A stretch of 64,000 nt of DNA, taken from the NCBI GenBank assembly GCA_964016885.1, contig OZ024743.1, positions 23,870,001-23,934,000 of the forward strand, read 5' to 3'. Below the pieces are notes generated by a model. It did no database searches and had not been told where the DNA came from. It saw only the letters and a program-made list of their open reading frames with translations. This DNA is from Eledone cirrhosa (Eukaryota). A program made the position numbers and the translations under genes. Shown here piece by piece: positions 48,908 to 60,153 of the stretch. Position 1 is the first letter of the stretch. Each line of letters begins with the position of its first letter.

Positions 48908-49567
48908 GTAAATTGTTTATTTATTTTCCAAGTGTACCAAAAAAATATATCTGCACTCGAATATACATTATGTTGTTGTTTAGTACCAGTTCATTTCCTA
49001 TCACACTTATGATCAAAGGCGTTCCAGAAATCACCATCCCGTTTTCTTTTCAGTCATTGAGTGTGTCCAGAACTTCATTATTTACTGTCATTTTTTTAGG
49101 ACGGTAGGGCGTGATTTAGCTACTATGTCTATGAGATTGAGCTACGTCGTAGTGGTAAATTTGTTCAGTGTGTTGAATTTTACATTATCCAATGTGTATT
49201 ATATTTTTGTGGAGGTTGAGGGAATGACAATTGAGAAACGATAAAGTATGGAGTTGCTACAGTTGGTGTTACTTATCTTACAAGTTGACAGGTGCACTGT
49301 GTCCGAACACGGAAGAGCCGAACTCCAACCGTCATCATACCCATCTCTCATATTGACAGCTATTTCTAGCAAGTAGACATCCCTTTGTTAGATCAGTCAG
49401 TATATCGTGTTGACCGAGAGCATACATATATTTGGATGTATACAAGATAATGTATATTTATGTGTATGTATATCAGAGTGCGATCGTCTCTATATATATA
49501 TATATGCATATATATATTATGAGATCAGATGGTTAGTAGCTTTCCTGCAATATGTGTTGCAAATGGC

Positions 49568-49867
49568 TACTCTGGGTCTCGAATATCCCCCCTCACTGGG
49601 TAATTTTTCAGATTCCCCCCTCTCCGCTTATTAAATTTTGCTAATCCATCTCTAGTGAAAATTTTTGGTAGCATTCCCGCGACAATTTTCTTTATACATT
49701 AAAGAATATTTTATACATTACAAAAAAAAATAATTAATTACTGGAAATCCTATACGTTATAAAATAAATAGGATGGTTTGGGACTAAACGACTAATTCTA
49801 GAAAAATTACCGACCCCCCCCCCCCTCGCTTATTCCAACCACGCCAATTATTTGGAACCCAGGAGTA
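49568..49867. mobile_element. Old non-autonomous DNA element with degenerate TIRs
   Basis: tactctgggtctcgaata ... tatttggaacccaggagta. Confidence 0.45.
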
Positions 49868-49874
49868 GTTAATT

Positions 49875-50165
49875 TACATCACAGAATTCCAGGAGTCTCA
49901 ATCCCTCTTCATTTCTTGAGCCATAACCATAGCCCATGAACTCCACTGAATCCATCCTTGTACTGTCCCACATGTCCATTGAAGTGGCCTGTCAAAATGA
50001 TGAAATCTCTTTCGTCAATATCTGAAGTTATCTGTAAAGTTCCTTATAGAACCGTCCTTTTATTCTTTACTCAGTCTTGCTTGTGGAGCATAGCTAGATG
50101 TGATTGTCACCGTTCTAATATTTTTTGCAGACAACAAGGTCAGAATAATTGCAGTCTTCTATGCT
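49875..50165 (-). mobile_element. Decayed RTE endonuclease fragment
   Basis: Minus strand encodes FIILTGHFNGHVGQ...GFSGVHG, similar to the EN at 13368-13688. Confidence 0.6.
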
Positions 50166-52104
50166 TTTAGCATTGTATCAATCTATGTCCCCATATACAG
50201 AATATCCCCCAAAATTGTATATACACTTTGATTACTTGTACAGGCAATATTTATTAACATGCTGTTTAAGAGTGTATACATATGTATTGTAGGACACCCT
50301 GTATATATATTATTGAGGAGATTGACTATCTCTATCTTCTTTCTTGCTAAAAAATATTTGGCCTATTGATTGTCCAAGCCACCTTAAAAGAGTTTTAAAA
50401 ATGTAGCTCTTTAGCTTAAAAATATCTTCTGAAGAAGCATTTTATGTATATAGTTTTTGTATGAATTTCTAAGATGAGAATTTATCATTATTATACACTT
50501 AATGAGGTCGTGTAGGTGTCACGACAAAAAAAAACACAGTCCACTCTGTAATGTGGCCGTGTAGGTAACACGGTAAAAACCTCCCAGTCCACGCTGTAAA
50601 CGTGGTTGGTGTTAGGAAGGGCATCCAGCCATAGAAAACCTGCCAGACAGTCCTATAAGAGCGAGACATGGTCACCCGACCAATCTTGCCTCAAGTAGGA
50701 CAATTCCTGTCTAAACCCATGCTAGTGTGGAAGATAGATGTTAAACGATGATGATGATGATGATAATGATTTACTTGGAGTAATGTCCACATCGTGGTTA
50801 TAATCACTTTGCAGCCAATCTACACTCTGGCCCTTCTCAGAGGCCTGTTATATTTGGTAACATTCTAGAAATTTCTAATGAAATGTGTTCAGTCTATGAG
50901 TGTGGATTCTTTTCATTCTGTTGTCCATTATCATCATCATCAACATCATTTTATATCCACTTTCCATGCTGGCAAGGATTGGATGGGTTGTACTACCTCC
51001 TTACAGAAGGTACTGGGGTACTTTTTAGTGACATCAGCACTACCTCTTTACAGAGGTTACTGGGGACATTTTATTGTAGCACCACCACTAGAGAAATTGT
51101 CATATGCTCAGCCAAACTAAAGAGTCCTCTATACCATATACTGTTTCCATTCAATTGCTAACCACTTTAAGGTGGCCACCAAATGCTTTACAGTAGTGCC
51201 AACCTCACTTATGAGTTATTCTTGTGCTTGTCATGCTTCTTATTCATTCCACTTAAAACAGAATATATATAGAATCCCTGACCCAGGGATTGAACTCACA
51301 ACTGTAATGCTTAACATTTAATATTCACTATGTAAGACAATTAGAGCCTTTAAACATAATTTTTATTTTTTTATGGTCTTAGACTTAATGTTCTTTCTTT
51401 CTTAAAGGCTCCCATATAGTTTTCATCTTTATTTAAAGCCTACAGAAAAAGTTATCAGAGCCCAGAATATGTGCTGATTCTTTCAATCATCTTATCTACC
51501 CGTGTTGTTCTCTATCTTGACTTTGTTAAAGGCAGAATTGGTAGAGTGTCAGATAAAATGCCATTATGATATTTATTCTGGCTCTTTACAGTACCAATTA
51601 AGTACTGGGGTTGATTTAACATTACCCTTCTTACATGATAAACACACCCAATACATTCTGTAAAGCGGTTGGTGATAGCAAAGACATCCAGCTATATAAA
51701 TTTTTCCAAAGAAAGGGATGGGAGGTCTCTTCAGTTGTGTCAAGTACATGACAAGCTCCCAAGTGTTGGGGATCTACATGATAAATACCCAGTACATGCT
51801 GTAAAGTGGTTGGTGATAGGAATGGCATCTGGCCATAGAAAGCTTGCTAAACAAAGGGTTATGAGGCTGCTTCTGTTGTGTCAAAAACATTACAATCTCC
51901 CTAGTGCTGGTGTCTCAATAAAATGAACTTGGTAGCATGTGGGACTGCATGTAAGTGAGATACGAATCCCCAGCCTGTCTGGAAAGTCAGTAGACCTGCT
52001 TCAGTACTGACATGGACTGAGAAAACCCATCCAACCCTAGCTAGCAAGGAAAGTGGCTGTTAAATGATGATGTGGATGATGATGATGTTATTTCTATTTT
52101 ATAG

Positions 52105-52184
52105 GTAGTTCAGCTGTTGGAAAGACTTCACTTTGTCAAACATTTCATAACGATGGCACAAATTTATCTAAAAACTATAATATG
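52105..52184 (+). CDS. IFT27: IFT27/RABL4 exon 2 (G-SSAVGKTSLCQTFHNDGTNLSKNYNM)
   Basis: tttctattttatag acceptor and gtttgt donor. Contains the P-loop GxxxxGKT and the IFT27-typical F-x-x-DG-x-x-x-x-K-x-Y segment. Confidence 0.9.
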
Positions 52185-53328
52185 GTTTGTATTTTGTTTC
52201 TTTTCTTATCTACAAATGACCAACACTCCACTGATACTGACAATCCACTATCATCTTGTATATAGATAATTGTGTCTATTTTTGGCACAAGGCCAGCAAT
52301 TTGAAGGGAAGGGGGAAAGTTGATTAAATCAACCCCAGTGCATTACTGAGACTTTATTTTAAAGATGAAAGACAAAGTAAACCTCAACAGGATTTGAACT
52401 GAGAACATAAAGTGTTGTAACCTTATGCCACAAAACATGTAGCCTGACTCTACAGAATTTACCAATCCACCAATTGGCTTCCATTGAGATTTAAACTTAG
52501 GTGGGATATAAAGAAGCATGACTAAATTTACACAATTTGCCACTACTTTCCTCAGAATAAGCACAATAATGATCTATTACATAGTCTTAAATACATAATC
52601 GACTCCAATACTTGACAGATACTTATTTTATTGACCCTTAGAAAGATGAACTGTAAAGATGACCACAAGATTTGATGTCAGAATGTAAAGAAGTCTAACT
52701 ATATAATTCAAAGAATTTTGTTAATAAATATTAAAAGTAATACAAGTGTTCTTTGTGATATTAAACAGCAGTCACAAAGTAAAAATAGAAATTTGAACTA
52801 TCTATTGTTTGTTGGCAACAGATTTGACTGCATGACTGGTTACAGTAAATGTCATTTACATCTTTGAAGGACGGTGGATTGGCAGAATCATTAGAGTGTT
52901 GGACAAAATGTTACAGTTCTTTACGGTCTGAGTTCAAATCCTGCTGAGGTCACATTTCCTTTCAAGTTTGATAAAACAAAGTACCAGTCACGTACTGGGG
53001 TTGATGTAATCAACTTTTCTCTCTCTGAAAATTGTTGATCTTGTGCCTAAATTAGAAATCATTTATATCCTTGAAATGTTTGTCAAAAGCCATTCCCATT
53101 TTATAGATAATATTAGATTTCCTGTCAAATATGTATCTAAAAAATCTCTTGTGTCTGTCTGCCTACTTACTTCCCACTTAAATTGACGACAACAGTGATG
53201 AGTTTGTGTAAAATGCTTGCTATATCGGTTTATATAAGGAAATAATGCATGTAACACTACTGTATTATACCTTTAATGATGTTAAATTTCTATATATAAA
53301 AACTACAACATCTAATTTTCATGATTAA

Positions 53329-53547
53329 CCCTTTAGCATTTAAACCGGCCTTATCTGGCCATAATTCTCTTACCTCTTTCTGTTCAAACCAGCTGTAACC
53401 GGCCACTCATACTGATGTTAAGGTATTACTCTCAAAATAAATAATATCAAAATCTCATAGATTCAATATTATGTGAGGTATTATGTAAGAGAAATCCTTT
53501 ACGTGAAAATATAATAGGATATATCGAGTAATGTAAATGCTAAAGGG
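53329..53547. mobile_element. piggyBac-type MITE
   Basis: TTAA TSD on both sides and 14-bp TIR ccctttagcattta. Same family as 40865-41723. Confidence 0.85.
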
Positions 53548-53749
53548 TTAAGCAGCCTGTTGCAAAAAAATGTATAAAACAGTAAATGCATGCATAGACA
53601 AACACAAAACTAAGATAAAGAAATAAATGATGGGGCCTTTGTGTTGTTGGAAGACTTGCTAAAAATAGAAAAAAACTGTTTCAAATCACACCCTTAAGGG
53701 GCGATACAGTGGATACAGTATTCTTAGATACAGTTTGACTGAATAATAT

Positions 53750-53935
53750 AATTGTTTCTACTTTAGGCACAAGGCCAGCAAATACCCAGTGCATTACTGG
53801 TACTTTATTTTATCGACCCCCGTAAGGATGAAAGGCAAAGTCAACCTCGACGGGATTTGAACTCAGATCGTAAAGGGACGTAACTATGCTGGAAAGCATG
53901 GCGTCCGACCCTCTACCGATACTGCCAATCCACCT
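53750..53935 (-). mobile_element. Ceph-like SINE
   Basis: Reverse complement of the 56460-56650 element. Fragments also occur at ~52280-52470, ~52870-53060 and ~55410-55520. Confidence 0.65.
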
Positions 53936-54104
53936 GAATAATATAATAAAGGATAGTTATGGCTGGACTACCTTGGAATATAGGTTTTCTGGATCATGGC
54001 TGACTTGGGGTTAAACAAAAGCAACAACAGTAAGCTAATGTATGTATGAATGTGTGCATGCTTGTTTGTATATCTATCTGTATACATACTCAAGAATATG
54101 TATC

Positions 54105-54490
54105 TTCTTCTTCACCCACTTATTCCTGAGAGGGTCATGGAGGAAAAGTCCTCAAACACTCCCTCCAACAGGTCAGAAGCAACCATCTCCAACTAATCAG
54201 GCTTGATCCCCAAGCATGACCAACCAAGCTCATGGATGTTATCCAACAATCTTGCTTGGGCTCTACCCCTGGGTCTCTTGCCAGTTGGTTTTGCCCATAA
54301 AATCTGTCCAGTGATTCTTTCCTGAGACATTCTAACCACATGCCCATAGTATTGGAGAAGTAGCAGCTCTACCTGAAGTGACTCTATGATTTCTGAGCTA
54401 CGCACTTTGTCGTGTAAAGTTACTCCAAAGAACCTTTGGAGGAATCCCATTTCGGCCACTTGTATTCATGATCCTATTATTTTGGTCATA
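54105..54490 (-). mobile_element. 3' fragment of a third RTE-like LINE
   Basis: AEMGFLQR..GVTLHDKVRS..YGHVVRM..PTGKRPRGR. Confidence 0.75.
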
Positions 54491-55055
54491 TGTATCATCA
54501 TCATCATCATCATCATGGTTTAACGTCTATCTTCCACACTAGCATGGGTTAGATGGGTTTGTCCCATTTGAGGCAGGTTTGGTTGGGTGACTGTGACTCG
54601 CTCATATAGGACTGTTTCTGGTGTGTTTATATTGAATATGTATACACTGTCTGTCTGTATACATAAACATACACTTATAAATGAAATTCACAAGTTTTTG
54701 ATTGGATACCATTTGAAAAATAGTTTATTGCAAACCTGTCCAACCCATACTAGCTTTGGATAATTAATGTTATAATAATATCTAGCATCTCTCATGTTTT
54801 CTTCCCCCTCCCTCTCTCTCTCTCTATATATATTGACCTAGTCCTTAAAACGGAATCTGTGGAAGAGTTAGAGGCAAAATTCCAGACATAGAAGGAAAAA
54901 CCTAGAATTGAAAGGCCTATAATATCATATGAAGTCTTATATCTAATATAATTTATATTAAACAATCTTAGTAGTTAATTTGGACATTCTTGTAGAATAT
55001 AATTGAATTATTTTTCATTTTCTCTTGTTTTTGTTGGCTTACATTTCTTTTGTAG

Positions 55056-55115
55056 ACAACAAATGTGGATATTGTTGTGAAATCTGTCCGAGTTCCCGGT
55101 ACACGATACAGTGTT
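55056..55115 (+). CDS. IFT27: IFT27/RABL4 exon 3 (TTNVDIVVKSVRVPGTRYSV)
   Basis: ttcttttgtag acceptor, gtaagt donor, 60 nt, phase 0. Matches human [20 protein letters not shown] (from memory). Confidence 0.9.
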
Positions 55116-56057
55116 GTAAGTATAATATATTGTGTATTCTCTTAGATATATGGTCTTTTCTTTCTCTATATATATATACACATATTTCTTTTAATTTTGA
55201 ATTATATATAATATATATATATATATCCATGTATTATTGATAGATGTGAGGAAAAGTACTCAATAACAAAGTAGAGTTTTAAATATTCATTTAATATGGC
55301 TAAATAGTGAGCCTTGGTACTCTGGAGTTTCACCTGCACAGACAAGATGATCCTGCCAGTATGCAGGTGGACTCCAGAGTAACAAGGCTCACTACTTTGC
55401 CATATTAAATGAATAATCCCGCCGAGGTTGACTTTGCCTTTCATCCTTACAGGGTCGATAAAATAAAGTACCAGTAATGCACTGGGTAATTGCTGGCCTT
55501 GTGCCTAAAGTAGAAACAATTATATTTATTTAATCAATTTAAACGCCCATGTAGAGCTAATAAGCCATAACAGACTAGTGGAAGTATTGAGTACTCCATA
55601 TAGTTGGTAATCAAAAAGAGCTTGTGAGACGAGTAATAAAAAAAAAAATTAAAAGGGAAAAAAATAAAATAAAAATAAAAATTTCAAATGTTGAAGGCCA
55701 ATGGGAGGCAGATTATGTATAAGGAAATGGAAAGGAAAAGAGGAAACAAGGGAAGCTGTAAAACAGCTAGAAGTTTCTGTTGTTGAATTTTTTCGTAGCT
55801 TCCATGTACTCAAAGATTTTGTTTATATTTGGTAGACCTGTAATCGTACATTGAACTTTCAATTTTGGTATTTTTTTAAAGATTGGTTTCAATATAAAAC
55901 TCTGGAACCTTTTGTTAATGAAATCTTTGTACTAATAACACTTCAAATGTGAACACATTAATTGAAGCTGTTTAACATGAGATTGAGGGCAGTCTTAATG
56001 CAGCCAGTATTGAAAAGGTTAACATTAGTTTCGTTTTAATTTTTCTTTGTTTTACAG

Positions 56058-56117
56058 GAATTTATTATGTTTGATACGCCATCAAAAGATTGCTATTCAG
56101 AATTTATACAAAATTTT
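56058..56117 (+). CDS. IFT27: IFT27/RABL4 exon 4 (EFIMFDTPSKDCYSEFIQNF)
   Basis: ttgttttacag acceptor, gtaagt donor, 60 nt, phase 0. Aligns to human [20 protein letters not shown] (from memory). Later exons were not found in the window. Confidence 0.85.
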
Positions 56118-56459
56118 GTAAGTTGATATATTTAAACTGTTTTATTACATTTCTCCATGTGTCCATCTTCTCATTTGATTCATGTGATCATTTTGGACAT
56201 ATTTTACTATCAAAGCTGATACAGCCTATTTGATACATTGTTGTTTACTACTCCTGTGATTCTCTCTCTCTCTCTCTTTCCTTCCATCTGTCTTTTACTG
56301 TTTTGACCCCATTTTCTCATTTCTGTCCTTTCTGTGTCACTCTCTGCTTCTGTCTTATCTTTCAACCTTCCTATCTTACTATTCTCTCACTCTGTCCTTT
56401 TGTAACTCAACTGTTGAAGTGGTCATTTCACTGTGCTAAGTCCCTTATCATTAGTTCAT

Positions 56460-56650
56460 AGGGTGGTAGATTGGCAGTATCGGTAGAGCGTGAGACACCG
56501 TGCTTTGCAGCATAGAGTTATGGCCCTTTATGTTCTGAGTTCAAATCCTGCCGAGGTTAGCTTTGACTTTCATCCTTATGGGATCGATAAAATAAAGCAC
56601 CTGTAATGCACTGGGGTAATTGCTGGCCTTGTGCCAAAAGTAGAAAGAAT
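56460..56650 (+). mobile_element. tRNA-derived Ceph-like SINE
   Basis: A-box-like tggcagtatcgg, B-box gagttcaaatcc, and body ctttcatcc...tcgataaaataa. Confidence 0.7.
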
Positions 56651-58859
56651 TATATTTTAGACAATTCCCTAAACGGAAATCCCCATATTTCTGTTTTTCC
56701 AACATTTCAATGTCTTTTGTTTGTCCCATATGTTAATTTTGGGTGTCTGTGTAAGGTGACAAAAAGTACCCATCCCACCAGTAAGGTGGTCATGTTAGTG
56801 ACATGACAAATAAGTACTCAGTTAACCCTGTAAAGTGGCCATATTGGTGACATGACAAAAAGCACCCAGTCCATGCTGTAAGGTGGTTTTGGTGACATGA
56901 AAAATAAGCACCCTGTCTACACTGTAAATGTGGTTGGCATTTGGAAGGGCATTCAGCTGTAGAAAACAGGCCAAGTATAGTGCTGTATAAGCACGACATG
57001 GTCACCTGATCTGACTTGTCTCACAATGGGACAACTCATTTAACCCATGCTAGCATGGTTAATGACAATGATGATATATATGTATATCATCATCACTGGT
57101 TAACGTCCATTTTTCCATGTTAGCATGGGTTAGACGAGTTGTCCTGTTGTGGGCAGCTAAATCAGGTGAGCATATCTTGTTTAAACAGAACTGATTTTGG
57201 CTTGGTTTCTACAGCTGGATGCCCTTCCTAATGCCAACCACAATTACAGTGCTTTTACCGGGTGCTTTTTGTCATGACACCAACACAACCACTTCACAGT
57301 GTGGGCTAAGCGCTTTTTGTTTTGATACCACATTATAATAATTCAGTATTGCTATGTCAATTATTGTATTTTTACTATGGAAAGTGATGTCTTTCTTCTG
57401 TACTGTTCATCTTTACTAAAGTTCCAGAGTAGTTTTATAACATCATATTCAATAATGGTGCTACTGTGGTAGAGATTAAATTAAAAAATAAATAACTACA
57501 CTGCCTCAGTGTGAATGTGTGTCTGTGAAACATATACATATACATCAGGTCTGAACTCAAAGGAACCAAACTCTCGCTGTCACTGCCTCCATCTCTCCCG
57601 CTCTCTCACTATTATGAGCAAATGTGGGCTCACACTCTGGCTGTCCTGTGGCCCTGGCGGACAGAATAGAGAAGCCATTTTCCAAGAGGATGGTGAGGGA
57701 GACATGTTGGAAGAGCTATTCCCGCTTGTGAGGCTCACACCTGCAGGTAGCCAACTCTGTGCCAATGGTGTTGAGTAGGGAGGTGACCCTAGGGCCAAGT
57801 ACACCAGAACACTCCAGATTGATTGATGTTCATATGAGTTCAACAGAACCTTTTTTAAGAGTTGAAATTGGATAGTCAGGCTTCTGCAGAATAATTTCAC
57901 TATGTTGTGGTAGCTAAATTTGGACATCCTGTTATCCTGTTACAATATGGTGTATTTTTTCAGTGAAAACACCACATGGACGAAATTTATTATCTCTTTA
58001 TACCATTGTATTCTTCTTAACATGTCAAGTAGTACGTAAAAACGAATAATTGCATTGTAGCACAGGGTGAATAGTAAAAAAAAAGAAAATGGACATTAAA
58101 TGATGACAAAGGTGGGTATGGCAGCGATGACAGCGATGATAACAATTAAATGCACTCTGTATTTTAGTTACATTTCTCTATGTACTGGTTACAAATCCAG
58201 TCAATGTCAGCTTGAGTCAATAAAATAAGTACTAGTCAAGTATTACAGTTATACTGTACACTCAACTTTAAAATTGAGACCTTGTGCCAATGTTATAAAT
58301 TCAGTATTATTATTATTATGACATGTTAGAAAGGGCTTCCAGTCATAGAAACTATGTTAAAAAAAGGCTGAGAGGACCTTCCACATACAACTCTCTAGTG
58401 CTGGTTCCACAAAAAATGCACCCAGGACACCCTGTAAGATAAGTAGTGATTGGAATGGCATGCAGCTGTGGAAACCATGCCAAAAAATAGTCAAGAGGAC
58501 TCTTTAGCATTGGTGGTTTACATGATAAATGTACCTAGTATACTCTGAAAAATGGTTGGTAATAAGAAAGACATTCAACCATAGAAAACTTGCCAAACAA
58601 AGGACTGGGAAGACTCTTCAGTTGTGTCAAAGACATGACAATTTCCCTAGTGCTGGTTTCATGATAATATGCACCAGGTGCACTCTGTAGTGTGCAGAAA
58701 TGTTTTTAAGTGAGATGCAGGCCCCCTGACCCATCTGTGAAGTCAGTAGCTCTAATAAAGTACTGATTTGGACTGTAGCAATTCATCTAGGGAAAACAGA
58801 CATCAAATAATGATGATATATATCATCATCATCTTCGTTTAACGTCCACACATATATAT

Positions 58860-58980
58860 ATATTTAATATAGAAATGGCTTCTACAGGACTAAAACTGTT
58901 TCATTCAGGAGAAATTTCCTGATGATTTCTCCTGAATTAAACAGTTCTAGTCCTGTAGAAGCCATTTCTATATTAAATAT
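58860..58980. repeat. ~55-bp-arm palindrome containing a broken hammerhead core (Penelope-like)
   Basis: atatttaatatagaaatggcttctacaggact...agtcctgtagaagccatttctatattaaatat, with CTGATGA at 58919-58925. Confidence 0.75.
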
Positions 58981-59045
58981 TCATACTTTACTATGTATTG
59001 AGTACCTTACTTACTGTAGTTACTCTCGATTGAACCCAGGATAAA

Positions 59046-59112
<67 letters not shown>

Positions 59113-59399
59113 AAACGTGTGTAATCCTTGGTACAGTTAGGTATATTAAGACTGGGGGGGGGGGGGGGAAGAAAAAATGGCTTCACTTGTGCTTTCAACA
59201 AATTTATTTTCTTCACAAAATCCCAAAAGAATTTTCTTCCGGATTAGAAAAAATTTATATAAAGAAGAATTCTTCATTGAAAAATTTAAACCACTACTGA
59301 ACACGAAAAAATGAATTAAAACTCGGAGGTGAAATTCTATTTCACTACCCCCTCCCCTCTTCTTATGTATACACATGAATATCTGAGTGAACGGTGAGA

Positions 59400-59867
59400 C
59401 ACACACATGTGTGTAGGTATGTATGGATGTATGTATGTGTGGGTATATATGTATGTGGGTATGTGTGTATATATATGTATGGATGTGTGTATGTTTGTAT
59501 GTGTGTGTGTATATATATATATGTATGTGTGTATGTGTGTATATATATGTATATGTATGTGTATGTATGTGTATGTTTGTATATATATATGTGTATATAT
59601 ATGTATATATATATGTAGATAGATATACATACACACACATATAAGCATATATATGTATGTACCTATATATATGTGTGTATGTGTATGTATGTGCATATAT
59701 GTATATATGTGTGTACATATGTGTATGTTTCTGTATGTGTATATGTATGTATGTATGTAGATGTATGTATATATATGTATATATATATATATGTATGTAT
59801 ATATGTGTCTTTATGTGCTCGTGTGTACACATATATATATGTATATATGTATGTGTGTATGTATGTT

Positions 59868-59935
<68 letters not shown>

Positions 59936-60122
59936 TGTATGTATGTATATGTATGTGTGTATGTATGTACTTGTATGTATATATATATATATGTATGTGT
60001 ATATATATATGGATATATATGTATGTGTATATGTATGTATATGTGTGTATGTGTCTGTATGTGTTTGTGTACATATATGTATATATGTATGTCATCATCA
60101 TCATCATTTTTTTTTTTTTCCT

Positions 60123-60153
<31 letters not shown>
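59400..60153. repeat. Compound (TATG)n/(TA)n microsatellite ending in (CAT)n and poly(T)
   Basis: Directly visible. It supplies the spurious first 163 aa of the 1344-aa ORF. Confidence 0.95.

Larger units (their letters stand above)
43641..49585. repeat. Tandem segmental triplication (~2.22-2.28-kb unit, ~2.6 copies)
   Basis: Unit junctions follow gggtctcgaata at 45080 and 47364; identity ends at 49585. An identical 84-aa ORF occurs at 44347, 46628 and 48853. Confidence 0.95.

Noticed and set aside
57950-58040. Candidate IFT27 exon 5 after ttttttcag
   Set aside because: The phase-0 reading starts with TGA and shows no similarity to the expected next segment.
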